Source: an uncultured Eubacteriales bacterium
GTDB lineage: Bacteria > Bacillota > Clostridia > Oscillospirales > QAMX01
Length of the DNA stretch: 59,301 bases
Assembly (NCBI GenBank): GCA_959600635.1
Contig: CAUGMN010000005.1
Coordinates: 1 to 59,301 of the forward strand
Reading direction: 5' to 3'
In this document: in pieces, positions 29,649 to 38,740 of the stretch
How the letters are laid out: each line of letters starts with the position of its first letter
Position numbering within the stretch: the stretch's first letter is position 1
The notes under the pieces: model-generated
The model's database searches: none
Told to the model about the DNA's origin: nothing
What the model saw: only the letters and a program-made list of their open reading frames with translations
Made by a program: the position numbers and the translations under genes

Positions 29649-29927
29649 GTGAACAAAGCTGATTTGACAAACAGGGTGGCCGAAAAAACCGGTCTGTCTA
29701 AAAAGGACGCGGAAAAGGCGATCACAGCGACGCTTGCTTCGGTCAAGGAAGCGCTGGCGGGGGGCGAGCGCGTAGCTCTGAGCGGTTTCGGGACGTTTGA
29801 GGTCAAAATGCGCAACAAGCGGGTGGCCAGAAATCCGCTGACCAAGCAGGAGATGGTGCTTCCGGCCGTCAAGCAGCCGGCTTTCCGCGCCGGCGCGGCT
29901 TTTAAACAGCAGATTGCGGAATCTTAA
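29649..29927 (+). CDS. hup: DNA-binding protein HU
   Basis: GTG start after GGGAGG. MNKADL...GFGTFEV..R..R.ARNP.T is the canonical HU/IHF fold signature. Confidence 0.9.
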   Translation: MNKADLTNRVAEKTGLSKKDAEKAITATLASVKEALAGGERVALSGFGTFEVKMRNKRVARNPLTKQEMVLPAVKQPAFRAGAAFKQQIAES

Positions 29928-29944
29928 CGGACAGGAGGGCGGTT

Positions 29945-30187
29945 ATGCGCCTCGACAAGTATTTAAAGGTTTCAAGACTCATTAAAAGAAGAACCGTCGC
30001 CAACGAATCGTGCGACAACGAGCGGGTGCTGGTCAACGGCAAAGCGGCGCGCGCCTCCTATGCCGTCAAGGTCGGCGACGTCATCGAGATCGGCTTTGGG
30101 ACCAAGCCTCTAAAAGTCGAGGTCGTGTCCGTCAGCGAACACGCGACCAAGGCTGAGGCCTCGGCGATGTATCGGCAGGTCGAGTGA
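29945..30187 (+). CDS. yabO: S4-domain RNA-binding protein (YabO-like)
   Basis: MRLDKYLKVSRLIKRRT...VNGK is an S4 motif. 80 aa. Conserved position before yabP. Confidence 0.85.
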   Translation: MRLDKYLKVSRLIKRRTVANESCDNERVLVNGKAARASYAVKVGDVIEIGFGTKPLKVEVVSVSEHATKAEASAMYRQVE

Positions 30188-30257
30188 GTTCTACGCGCGC
30201 AACGGGCCGCATATGCTTTGGTATGGAGAAGCATAGGGAAGAGAGTGTGTGCGGCGT

Positions 30258-30530
30258 ATGGAAAAAAACAGACAGGGCGGACAGTCGAACGTGGTGCTGC
30301 TGGCGCGCGAAAAGCTGACGGCCTCCGGCGTATACGAGGTTACAGGCTTCGACGAGATGCAGATCGAGGCGAAAACGGCGCAGGGGCTGCTGCTGATCCG
30401 CGGCAGCGGGCTGCACATCGAGAGCTTTGACGCCGAGAGCGGCGAGCTGGCGATGACCGGCCGCGTCGACGGGCTGGTCTATACCGATCGGGAGCAGAAG
30501 CGCGGCTTTTTAGCGGGGCTGTTGAGATAG
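30258..30530 (+). CDS. yabP: sporulation protein YabP
   Basis: VLLAREKLTASGVYEVTGFDE...LLIRGSGLHIE matches the YabP family. A GTG at 30249 is an alternative start. Confidence 0.85.
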   Translation: MEKNRQGGQSNVVLLAREKLTASGVYEVTGFDEMQIEAKTAQGLLLIRGSGLHIESFDAESGELAMTGRVDGLVYTDREQKRGFLAGLLR

Positions 30531-30532
30531 CT

Positions 30533-30928
30533 ATGGAAAACGAAGCGCTCTATCAGCTCTCCCGCTTTGCGTTTTCACTGGTATGGGGCGTCGTGGTCGG
30601 CGTATTTTATGAAGCCGGCGGCTGCGTGCGGATGCTCGGCCGGTTTTGGCTGACCGCCGCCAGCGACGTGTTTTTCTGGCTCGTGACCTCTGCGGCGACG
30701 TTTTTGTTCTTTCTTTACGTCAACGGCGGAGACATGAACGGATATCTGCTGTTCGCCGTATTTGCCGGCGCAGTTGCGGTGCGCTTGACGCTGGGAAGCG
30801 TCTCCGACGCCGTCGGCCGCAGGGTGGCGGATTGGCTCCGGAAGCGAAGAAGACGGAGAAAGGCGGCCCGCGCCGAAAAAAAACGGCGCGAGAGCGGGAA
30901 AATTTTGCCCAGCCTATTTCTTTTTTGA
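30533..30928 (+). CDS. yabQ: spore cortex biosynthesis protein YabQ
   Basis: Membrane protein. Contains DVFFWLV...FLFFLYVNGGDMNGYL, a basic C-terminal tail, and lies next to yabP. Confidence 0.8.
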   Translation: MENEALYQLSRFAFSLVWGVVVGVFYEAGGCVRMLGRFWLTAASDVFFWLVTSAATFLFFLYVNGGDMNGYLLFAVFAGAVAVRLTLGSVSDAVGRRVADWLRKRRRRRKAARAEKKRRESGKILPSLFLF

Positions 30929-30988
30929 CGTGTATGGTATATAATTAACAACAAGCGGTGTAGGATCCCAACACTCCGGAGGATTGCG

Positions 30989-31276
30989 ATGAAACACAAA
31001 AGAACAAAATGGGCGGGCTTTGCGCTGAAAACGGCGGCAGTCGTCGTGGCGCTGTATCTCTGCGCCTCTTACTTGTCCCTCAGCGCCGAAGTAGCCGACG
31101 CTGAAAACGAATACGCGGCTCTGCGCGAGGCGCATGCGCTGGAACAGCAGAAAACCGCGGAGCTCGAAGACCTCGTGGACAGCGGGATTACAGACAGGTA
31201 TGTCATCAATGTGGCGCGGCAGAAGGGGTATATCCTGCCGGGCGAGCATGTGTATGTCGATATTTACGGGCAGTAG
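30989..31276 (+). CDS. divIC: septum formation initiator (DivIC/FtsB family)
   Basis: GGAGG RBS. One TM segment followed by a coiled coil. Conserved position after yabQ. Confidence 0.75.
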   Translation: MKHKRTKWAGFALKTAAVVVALYLCASYLSLSAEVADAENEYAALREAHALEQQKTAELEDLVDSGITDRYVINVARQKGYILPGEHVYVDIYGQ

Positions 31277-31387
31277 ACGAGCGCGTTTTCCGGGCAGGCG
31301 CCCGTAACCGATTTGTACCGACGGCTGTGAAGCGGCGCTTTGCGGCTGAGGATATAGAAAAAGTTACAAAGGAGATATCAGTCCTGT

Positions 31388-31816
31388 ATGAGCTTTACAG
31401 AGGGTGAGATTGTCGGCGGTAAGGTGACAAGCATCACAAAGTTCGGCGCGTTCGTCGCGCTGGAAGACGGAAAATCGGGTCTTGTCCATATTTCGGAGAT
31501 TGCAGACAGCTATGTCAGCGATATCAGGCAGTTTTTGACTGAGGGGCAGGAGGTCAGAGTGAAAATTCTGCCTTCGGATAAAGCCGGGAGAATCAACCTC
31601 TCGATCAAAAAAGCCGCAGCTCCTCAACCGCAGAGGACCGCGCCGCAGCCCGTTTCCGCCGGCGCGCCCAGACGCGCCGCGCCGGTTTCGAGCGGGGACA
31701 GCTTTGAGGATAAGCTCAAAGCCTTTATGAAGGACAGCGAGAGCAGAATGTCGACGATGAAAAACCCGCCTGAGAAAAAAGGCGGGATGCCGCGCCGCCT
31801 GCGGACGAAGCAGTAG
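31388..31816 (+). CDS. yabR: S1 RNA-binding domain protein (YabR-like)
   Basis: GEIVGGKVTSITKFGAFVALEDGKSGLVHISE is an S1 domain. Conserved position after divIC. Confidence 0.85.
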   Translation: MSFTEGEIVGGKVTSITKFGAFVALEDGKSGLVHISEIADSYVSDIRQFLTEGQEVRVKILPSDKAGRINLSIKKAAAPQPQRTAPQPVSAGAPRRAAPVSSGDSFEDKLKAFMKDSESRMSTMKNPPEKKGGMPRRLRTKQ

Positions 31817-32013
31817 GCTCGGGAAAACGGTTCAGGGCGGGGAGGAAAGACCGCGCCCTTGGGGCTTGTTTGAAAAATCACGGTGCGGGGCATAGAAGAC
31901 GGAGCTCCTCCGGCGGCGCGGACAGCCGCCGGGAGGCGACGCAAGGTGCTTCACCGCAGCCGGTTCTTTTCAAGCAAGCCTTTCTTTCCGCTCTCTTCTC
32001 TTTTTTCGGCGCA

Positions 32014-32096
32014 ACAAAAAAAGCGGGTGTGCGCAAAATGCGCACACCCAAAGCGGGTTGGGGATAAAGATATGAGCGTTTGGTAACTGCCTCACG
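32014..32096 (-). ncRNA. candidate ~80-nt orphan small RNA (promoter plus terminator without a credible ORF)
   Basis: On the minus strand: TTTACA-17-TATCAT at 32131..32103. Then a terminator with a 10-bp stem (32024-32048) followed by GC and TTTTTTT. Single-stranded C-rich tract UCCCCAACCC. Confidence 0.25.
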
Positions 32097-32151
32097 CATG
32101 ATATGATATCATATTTTATCAGCTTTGTAAAGAGCAAATGATGTAAATTTG

Positions 32152-32177
32152 TGTCGAATATAAAAAAATATTCGACT
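32152..32177. promoter_or_regulatory. inverted repeat TGTCGAATAT-N6-ATATTCGACT containing a perfect Spo0A-box heptamer
   Basis: TGTCGAA at 32152-32158. Its partner AGTCGAA lies on the opposite strand. About 40-60 nt upstream of the fumarate hydratase start. Confidence 0.3.
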
Positions 32178-32214
32178 CCTTTCGACAAAACAAAAAAATA
32201 TAGGGGGATTTACC

Positions 32215-33063
32215 ATGGAAATCCGGGAAATCAGCGGCGAAACCATCGCGGCGGCCGTGGAACGGCTGTTTCTGCGCGCCAACACGGTCCTGCCGCAGGA
32301 CATGAAGGAATCGCTTCTGAATGCGCGCGGAAAAGAGACTGCGGAGAACGCCGTGGAAATTCTGAACGTGCTTGTCGAGAATTATGAATACGCGGAGAAA
32401 AGCAATACGCCGATCTGTCAGGATACGGGTATGGCGGTCGTTTTTTTGGAAATCGGAAGCGACGTACATATAACGGGAATGCTGCCGGAAGAGGCGGTCA
32501 ACGAGGGCGTCCGGAGGGCGTATGTCAACGGATACTTCCGCAAGTCCGTCGTGGTTGACCCGCTGCGGCGGACGCCGGGACACGACAATACGCCCGCGGT
32601 CGTACATATCAGTATCGTCAGAGGCGATCGGGTGAAGATTACGGCGATGCCGAAGGGCTTCGGCAGTGAAAATATGAGCGCGCTGCGGATGTTTAACCCG
32701 TCTGTGGCCAAGGAGGAAATTGAGGATTTTGTGGCCGGAGTCGTCAAAGACGCCGGCGGCCGGCCCTGCCCGCCTGTCGTCGTCGGAGTTGGCATCGGGG
32801 GAACGGCGGAAAAAGCGTGCCTGCTGGCGAAGCGCGCGCTCGCCAGAGAGGCCGGCTCCGCTAACGGCGACCCGCTCTACGCGGAGATGGAGCGCCGCAT
32901 TCTGGAAAAGATCAACGCAACCGGCGTCGGTCCGCAGGGAATGGGCGGGCGGACGACGGCGCTCGGCGTGTCGATTGAGCCGTTTGCGACTCATATCGCG
33001 GGTCTGCCGGTCGCCGTCAACCTCTGCTGCCATGTGAACCGGCATGCGTCGGAGGTTTTGTGA
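32215..33063 (+). CDS. class I (Fe-S) fumarate/tartrate hydro-lyase, alpha subunit
   Basis: 282 aa. Contains PICQDTGMAVVFLEIG and GIGGT, typical of the Fe-S hydro-lyase tartrate/fumarate alpha region. Confidence 0.85.
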   Translation: MEIREISGETIAAAVERLFLRANTVLPQDMKESLLNARGKETAENAVEILNVLVENYEYAEKSNTPICQDTGMAVVFLEIGSDVHITGMLPEEAVNEGVRRAYVNGYFRKSVVVDPLRRTPGHDNTPAVVHISIVRGDRVKITAMPKGFGSENMSALRMFNPSVAKEEIEDFVAGVVKDAGGRPCPPVVVGVGIGGTAEKACLLAKRALAREAGSANGDPLYAEMERRILEKINATGVGPQGMGGRTTALGVSIEPFATHIAGLPVAVNLCCHVNRHASEVL

Positions 33064-33218
33064 AATGTAAAATCTTCGCGATTGATCTTGATATGCTTTT
33101 CATTTTTGGAAATGTATGGTATAATACTCCATATGGGGATACCGTCCGCGGGCGTCGGCTGTGAAGATTTCTACGCGCGTTCTGCGGTATGAAACAACAC
33201 GGCGGGAGGCAGAGCGAT

Positions 33219-33767
33219 ATGGTGTATGACGAGGCGAAGCGGTCGATTGCTACCGACAGACTGCTGCTGCGGCCGTTTCGGGAGGCCGACGCGGAACGGG
33301 TCGCGGAGCTTTGCTCCAACGACCGTCTGTACAGATCGCTTCTGAGCCTGCCCCGCCCCTATACGGTCGAATGCGCCCGCACATGGATGGCCGCGCACGA
33401 AGAAAATTTCAGCGCCGGCCGCTCCTGCGAATTCGCCGTGACGGACGGCGCTGCCGGCTGCCTGTACGGCTGTATCGGCCTGTTCTGCCACTCGCGCGAC
33501 AGAAACGCGGAAATGGGCTACTGGATCGGCGAAGACTACTGGGGCAACGGCTACGCTACGGAGGCCGCCCGCGCGGTCGTGGAGTTTGCGTTCCAGTGCA
33601 AGGGTCTGCACCGCGTTTATGCGCGTCACTTTGCCTCGAATCCCGCTTCGGGCCGGATCATGCAGAAGTGCGGTATGGTTTACGAAGGCACGATGAAGGA
33701 GCACGTTTTCAAAGACGGCCGCTATGAGGATCTGGTGTGCTATGGCCTGCTGAACCCGGCGGAGTGA
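33219..33767 (+). CDS. GNAT N-acetyltransferase (RimJ/RimL-like)
   Basis: ATG at 33219 lies 9 nt after GGGAGG. Contains TDRLLLRPF..DA, YWIGEDYWGNGYATEA and N.ASGRIMQKCGM. Confidence 0.8.
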   Translation: MVYDEAKRSIATDRLLLRPFREADAERVAELCSNDRLYRSLLSLPRPYTVECARTWMAAHEENFSAGRSCEFAVTDGAAGCLYGCIGLFCHSRDRNAEMGYWIGEDYWGNGYATEAARAVVEFAFQCKGLHRVYARHFASNPASGRIMQKCGMVYEGTMKEHVFKDGRYEDLVCYGLLNPAE

Positions 33768-33912
33768 GAGCCGCGCCGCGGACATGCTGATGAAAACAGC
33801 CTGCGGAACAATCAGAGCTTACGGCTGAACGGCGGGGGTTTCCCACGAAAAAACGAAAAAGCGTTCAGGCGCTTGAATTGCTTCGGAGACTGGATAAACG
33901 GAGGATACTTTT

Positions 33913-34932
33913 ATGAACAATGTCGCTTTTCCCGAGCTCGGCCTTGAATTTACCCTGAAAAAAACGGCGTTTTCCATCGGCTCGCTGAACGTGCAGTGGT
34001 ACGGCATTATTATCGCCGTCGGCTTTGCGCTGGCCGTCTTTTACTGTCTCAGACGGGCGCCGAAATTCGGCATTTTGCAGGACAACCTCATCGACATGAC
34101 CCTGATCGCCACGCCCGCGGCGATCATCGGCGCCAGGCTTTACTACGTTGTGTTCAACTGGTCGCAGTTTGCCGACGATCCGGTTTCGGTGTTCAGGATA
34201 TGGGAGGGCGGTATCGCGATCTACGGCGCGCTGATTTTCGGCGCTATCGCCGCATTCATTTACTGCCGCGTCAAAAAAATCAACGTGCTGAACCTGTTTG
34301 ATTTGGCGATACTGGGCTTTATGATCGGCCAATGTATCGGGCGCTGGGGCAACTTTGTCAACGCCGAGGCTTACGGTCAGACGGTGGAGAACTGGTTTTT
34401 GGGCATGTCGATCAACGGAGGCCTGACGGTTCATCCGATCTTCCTGTATGAATCGCTCTGGAATCTCGTCGGCTTCGTGCTGCTCCACTTCCTGTCGAAA
34501 AAACGCCGCTTCTACGGGCAGACTTTTCTGTCCTATCTGGTCTGGTACGGGGTCGGCAGGGGCTTTATCGAAGGGATCCGCGGCGGCGACGCGCTGATGC
34601 TGTTCGACACCGGACTGCGCGTCTCCCAGCTTTTGGGCTACCTCTCGGCGCTTGTCGCCTTCGGCTTCCTGGTTTATAAGTTTATCTTTACCGACCGGGG
34701 CGATACCATCGAGCTGCTCTCCGACGAGGAGATTATGGAGATGAACGCCGTTGAGCAGGCCAAGAAGACGGTCGCCGAACAGGAGGAGCTCCCCGAAGAC
34801 GGCGACGGGGCGGATACGGCCGGCGAGGATGCGGAAACGCCGGAAGAACAGACAGATGAGCTGAAAGACGCTGAGGACGCCGAGGACGCTGAGAATGCCT
34901 CAACAGAGGATACCAACCAAGAGGAGAAGTAA
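33913..34932 (+). CDS. lgt: prolipoprotein diacylglyceryl transferase with long acidic C-terminal tail
   Basis: Contains WYGIIIAVGF, RIWEGGIAIYGA and GRWGNFVNAEAYG. The last ~75 aa are Asp/Glu-rich low complexity. Confidence 0.9.
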   Translation: MNNVAFPELGLEFTLKKTAFSIGSLNVQWYGIIIAVGFALAVFYCLRRAPKFGILQDNLIDMTLIATPAAIIGARLYYVVFNWSQFADDPVSVFRIWEGGIAIYGALIFGAIAAFIYCRVKKINVLNLFDLAILGFMIGQCIGRWGNFVNAEAYGQTVENWFLGMSINGGLTVHPIFLYESLWNLVGFVLLHFLSKKRRFYGQTFLSYLVWYGVGRGFIEGIRGGDALMLFDTGLRVSQLLGYLSALVAFGFLVYKFIFTDRGDTIELLSDEEIMEMNAVEQAKKTVAEQEELPEDGDGADTAGEDAETPEEQTDELKDAEDAEDAENASTEDTNQEEK

Positions 34933-35790
34933 ATGGCTGTTTTAATGGACGGCAAGGCGCTTGCCGCAAAAAAGCGCGCGGAGATCAAAGAAAAGGTCGG
35001 GCATTTTGCGGCGCGCGGCGTCGTGCCCGCGCTGGCGGTGGTGATCGTCGGGGACAATCCGTCGTCGCGTTTCTATGTCAACAACAAGAAAAAAGACTGC
35101 GCCGAGTGCGGAATCCGCAGCATTGAAAAGGCGCTGCCCGAACAGACAAGCGAGGAGGAGCTGCTCGCGGTTCTCGCGGAGCTGAACGCCGACCCATACG
35201 TTGACGGAATCATCGTCCAGCTCCCGCTGCCAAAGCACATCGACGAACGCCGCGTCATCGAGGCCATCGACCCGAAGAAGGACGTCGACGCGTTCCACCC
35301 CGAAAACGTCGGGCGCGTGATGATCGGCGATTACAGCTTTCTGCCCTGCACGCCTGCGGGCGTCATGGAGCTGCTGGCCGAATATCATATCGAGGTCAGC
35401 GGCAAAAACTGCGTGGTGATCGGCCGTTCCAACATTGTCGGCAAGCCGCAGGCGATGCTGCTGCTCCACAAAAACGGCACGGTGACGATCTGCCATTCCA
35501 AGACGCAGCAGCTTGCCGAGGTCACGCGGCGCGCCGACATCATCGTCTGTGCCGTCGGCAGGGAGATGTTTTTGACCGCCGACATGGTGGCGGACGGCGC
35601 AGTTGTCATCGACGTCGGCATGAACGTCAAAAAGGACGGAAAGCTGACTGGCGACGTCGATTTTGAAAACGTTTCCAAGCGCGCGTCGTTTATTACGCCG
35701 GCTCCCGGCGGCGTCGGCCCGATGACGCGGGTCATGCTTCTGAAAAATACGCTCAAAGCCGCTGAACGGCGGCTGACGCAGCGCGTGTAA
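34933..35790 (+). CDS. folD: bifunctional methylenetetrahydrofolate dehydrogenase/cyclohydrolase
   Basis: Contains VGDNPSSRFYV, DGIIVQLPLP, GRSNIVGKP and PGGVGPMT. Confidence 0.95.
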   Translation: MAVLMDGKALAAKKRAEIKEKVGHFAARGVVPALAVVIVGDNPSSRFYVNNKKKDCAECGIRSIEKALPEQTSEEELLAVLAELNADPYVDGIIVQLPLPKHIDERRVIEAIDPKKDVDAFHPENVGRVMIGDYSFLPCTPAGVMELLAEYHIEVSGKNCVVIGRSNIVGKPQAMLLLHKNGTVTICHSKTQQLAEVTRRADIIVCAVGREMFLTADMVADGAVVIDVGMNVKKDGKLTGDVDFENVSKRASFITPAPGGVGPMTRVMLLKNTLKAAERRLTQRV

Positions 35791-35806
35791 AGAAAATCGC
35801 TGATTG

Positions 35807-35842
35807 GGCGGCGGCTCTCCGACAGAGCCGCCGCTTTTTTTT
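35807..35842 (+). terminator. rho-independent terminator
   Basis: GCGGCGGCTCT/AGAGCCGCCGC stem followed by T9. Confidence 0.75.
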
Positions 35843-36051
35843 TCGCGGATGAGCGCGGATTATAAAAAAAATATTTTATTTTGAGCGAATATATATTTAC
35901 AATTGGATAAAACGCATGTATAATAGAACCGTTAAAAGCGGTTTCTATGGCTCTGATTGCGCTGGTTTGGGTTTTTTTATCCGCCTTTTTACGACCGGTC
36001 GGACAGTTGGAGCGCAGAAAAAGGATGAAAAAGCAAAGGGGGAGCATCAGG

Positions 36052-37320
36052 ATGACAGTTCACAGACGGAAGAAAAAAGCGACGGGCAGGGCGGCGCTGC
36101 TGCTGGCGATGCTATTGGCGACGGCGCTCGCCGCGGCGGCCTGCGCCGGCCCGGAGCAGCGGGACGAAACCGGCACAGGCACATCCGCTCTGCCGCAGAG
36201 CCAAACGACCGCCGCGCCGCAGGCAGAAACGCCGGCGTTTCTGCCATGGGAATGGGCGCAGTCTGTGCAGCCGGAGGACGTAGACGCCGAAATCGCCGGC
36301 CGCGCCGTGACGCCGGAGCAGAGCGCGCCGTTCTTTGCGGTTCTGAACCGCCTCGGCAAAGCGGACTTTGCCGAAATTGATCTCAAAACGCATCGGTCTG
36401 ACAAGCCGCGCGGCTGCATCGTGCAGATGATTCGCTGGCAGAACGGAAGCGGCGAAGTTTTCCTGTTTCGAGCCGACGACGAGGCGAAGCAGCTGCTGCT
36501 GACGCATGGCGACAGGAGCTGGCGCATCGGCGAAACGGCGCTGTACGAGGCGTGCCGGCCGTTCGGACTGTATATCCGGGACGCGGTCTGCGACCTCTAC
36601 GACGTCGGCTGCCGGATCGACATCCGCTTATCGATCCGCGGAAAAGGCGAATATGAGGCGATTCCTTTTGAGGAAGAACACTACCGCGATGCGTATATTA
36701 CATGGATGAGCGGTTATCTCTGGCAGCCGACCACAGCCGACGCGGCGCTGTATGAGACCGCCGGCTATCATGTCACAATGGCGGCCGCAGACGACTCAAT
36801 CCGGTTCGTATTCTTCGAGGGTGCCGACACGGTACTGCACTGTACGCCGGAGGGCGACACCTGGTATGCGCTGACGAGGAACGACGGGCAGGAACCGACG
36901 CCGGATCTCGCCGGCGCGCTGACCGAATCGCTGCGCTTTGAATATGACAGAGAGAGGATTGCGGCTACCCGCGCTTTCTTTGCGTGCGACGGTTCCGGCG
37001 AACAGGTGGCGGAGCGGTTTGTGTCGGAGGTCTACGGCGAGCTGCTGCTGAACGGTACGCCCGGAGGCGCGTATACCGCGACCGACTATGAGGCGATCGA
37101 TTGGCAGGTCAGTTCAGTCAGCGAGGACGGGAGGCTGATCAGCGGCTGGTATGAGTTTGCGGTCCGCCCGGAGGACTATGAGCATACCTCGCTCTGGGCG
37201 GGCAACAGCGTGCCGGGGACGGGGAAGTATGAGGGATGGCTGTGTGCGTTCCGGTATTTTGATCTGGAAAAGCTGGGCGACGGCGTCTGGCACTGTGCCG
37301 GAATCGGAACCGGCCGCTGA
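36052..37320 (+). CDS. lipoprotein, unknown function
   Basis: ATG at 36052 lies 7 nt after GGGGGAG. Basic N-terminus then LLLAMLLATALAAAAC (lipobox). No recognizable domain. Confidence 0.6.
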   Translation: MTVHRRKKKATGRAALLLAMLLATALAAAACAGPEQRDETGTGTSALPQSQTTAAPQAETPAFLPWEWAQSVQPEDVDAEIAGRAVTPEQSAPFFAVLNRLGKADFAEIDLKTHRSDKPRGCIVQMIRWQNGSGEVFLFRADDEAKQLLLTHGDRSWRIGETALYEACRPFGLYIRDAVCDLYDVGCRIDIRLSIRGKGEYEAIPFEEEHYRDAYITWMSGYLWQPTTADAALYETAGYHVTMAAADDSIRFVFFEGADTVLHCTPEGDTWYALTRNDGQEPTPDLAGALTESLRFEYDRERIAATRAFFACDGSGEQVAERFVSEVYGELLLNGTPGGAYTATDYEAIDWQVSSVSEDGRLISGWYEFAVRPEDYEHTSLWAGNSVPGTGKYEGWLCAFRYFDLEKLGDGVWHCAGIGTGR

Positions 37321-37536
37321 ATGAGAGCGAGGCTGTTCTTGCGGGCGGACGGCTGAAAGGCAGGAGGCTTTCGGGCTTGCGAAGGCTTTTATCCTGTGGG
37401 ACGGGAGCCGGCGTCTCCGTCCGTCCGCCGCGGCGTTTGTCTGCCGGCGGTCTTGCCGGGCAGCAGAAAAATATGGGTTTTAGCGGCGTGCGGCTGGGAA
37501 AAATTCAAAAATCCTCTGTTTTTTTAGTTTGACCCC

Positions 37537-37566
37537 TTGACAGACGGGGCTGATTTCTGGTAAAAT
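37537..37566 (+). promoter_or_regulatory. sigma-A promoter with extended -10 (TTGACA-18-TGgTAAAAT)
   Basis: Read directly, ~110 nt upstream of rplU. Confidence 0.5.
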
Positions 37567-37574
37567 AATAGAGC

Positions 37575-37677
37575 CGTTTTGTTGCGGTTTTAAGTTTGTG
37601 CCTTCGGACACGACACCGAGACAAGCGGGAGTCGGGTGTAACAGCCAGAAGACGAGGAATAAAGGAGAATTGATTTC
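37575..37677 (+). promoter_or_regulatory. structured 5' leader of the rplU-prp-rpmA operon (L21-leader-like)
   Basis: Hairpins GTGCC-UUCG-GACAC and ACACCGA...TCGGGTGT lie between the promoter and the RBS. Firmicutes are known to carry an L21 leader here. Not validated against a covariance model. Confidence 0.35.
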
Positions 37678-37989
37678 ATGTATGCAGTGATCGAAGCCTG
37701 CGGAAGGCAGTACAAAGTTCAGGACGGCGACGTTCTTTTCATGGAAAAGCTCGGCGTCGAACCCGGTGAAACCGTCCGTTTTGACAAGGTCGTGTTTCTG
37801 TCCGACAACGACGAATCCATCATCGGCAAGCCCTATGTCGAGGGCGCGGTTGTCGAAGCGGAAGTCCTGAAAAACGCCAAAGCGAAGAAGATTCGCGTGT
37901 TCAAATACAACGCCAAGAAAAATTACAGGCGCCGTCAGGGTCACAGACAGCCCTATACGAAGGTTCAGATCAAGAAAATCGCCCGCTGA
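37678..37989 (+). CDS. rplU: 50S ribosomal protein L21
   Basis: [14 protein letters not shown]...[19 protein letters not shown]. Confidence 0.95.
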   Translation: MYAVIEACGRQYKVQDGDVLFMEKLGVEPGETVRFDKVVFLSDNDESIIGKPYVEGAVVEAEVLKNAKAKKIRVFKYNAKKNYRRRQGHRQPYTKVQIKKIAR

Positions 37990-38008
37990 CGGGTTTGACG
38001 AGGCCGAT

Positions 38009-38380
38009 ATGACGAAGGTTGTGTTTACGACCGACCGCGGCAGCTTCACAGGGATGCGCGCCGAAGGACACAGCGGCTACGCGGAAGCGGGCGCAGACAT
38101 CGTCTGCGCGGCGGTGACGGCGGCGTTCGGCATCGTGGAATGCGCGGTAAACGACGTGGCAAAGGCCGGCGCTCAGGTCGCCTGCGCGAAGCGGGGCGCG
38201 GCGCTCAGCTTTGTTTTGCCTGCGGACATATCGGAACAGCAGCGGATGCTCTGCGACAGCGCGATGAGAGCCGCGTATCTGTGGCTCTCCGAAAATATGA
38301 AGCAGTACGGCGCCTATGTTCAGATCAGCGTTTCTGAACGGCGCAACACGGAACAAAACGGAGGAAAAACGAATGCTTAG
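38009..38380 (+). CDS. prp: ribosomal-processing cysteine protease Prp
   Basis: [19 protein letters not shown] is the catalytic His/Cys signature. Located between rplU and rpmA. Confidence 0.9.
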   Translation: MTKVVFTTDRGSFTGMRAEGHSGYAEAGADIVCAAVTAAFGIVECAVNDVAKAGAQVACAKRGAALSFVLPADISEQQRMLCDSAMRAAYLWLSENMKQYGAYVQISVSERRNTEQNGGKTNA

Positions 38381-38654
38381 AATAAATATTCAGTATTTTG
38401 CACATAAAAAAGGTGTCGGTTCAACAAAGAACGGCCGTGACAGCGAATCCAAGCGGCTCGGCACCAAGAAGGCGGACGGCCAGTATGTCGTCGCCGGCAA
38501 CGTGCTGGTTCGTCAGCGCGGCACCAAAATTCACCCGGGTACGAACGTCGGCATCGGCGGCGACGATACGCTGTTTGCCACGGCGGACGGTCAGGTCAAA
38601 TTCGAGCGCGTCGGCAGAGACCGCAAGAAGGTTTCGGTCTATCCGGCTGAGTAA
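38373..38654 (+). CDS. rpmA: 50S ribosomal protein L27 (with Prp-cleaved N-terminal extension)
   Basis: [30 protein letters not shown]. The extension ends in the F/A cleavage context. The start overlaps the prp stop. Confidence 0.95.
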   Translation: MLRINIQYFAHKKGVGSTKNGRDSESKRLGTKKADGQYVVAGNVLVRQRGTKIHPGTNVGIGGDDTLFATADGQVKFERVGRDRKKVSVYPAE

Positions 38655-38740
38655 GACTGTTTAGGCGCGCCGCGCATCTGCGCACAGTCAGATGACGGAC
38701 GCGGCTTTCACACGGCTTCATTTTTATACGGTATGAAAAA

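Noticed and set aside
35385-36047. 220-aa minus-strand ORF overlapping the folD 3' end and the following intergenic region.
   Set aside because: It is antisense to folD and crosses the folD terminator. It has no RBS or recognizable domain.
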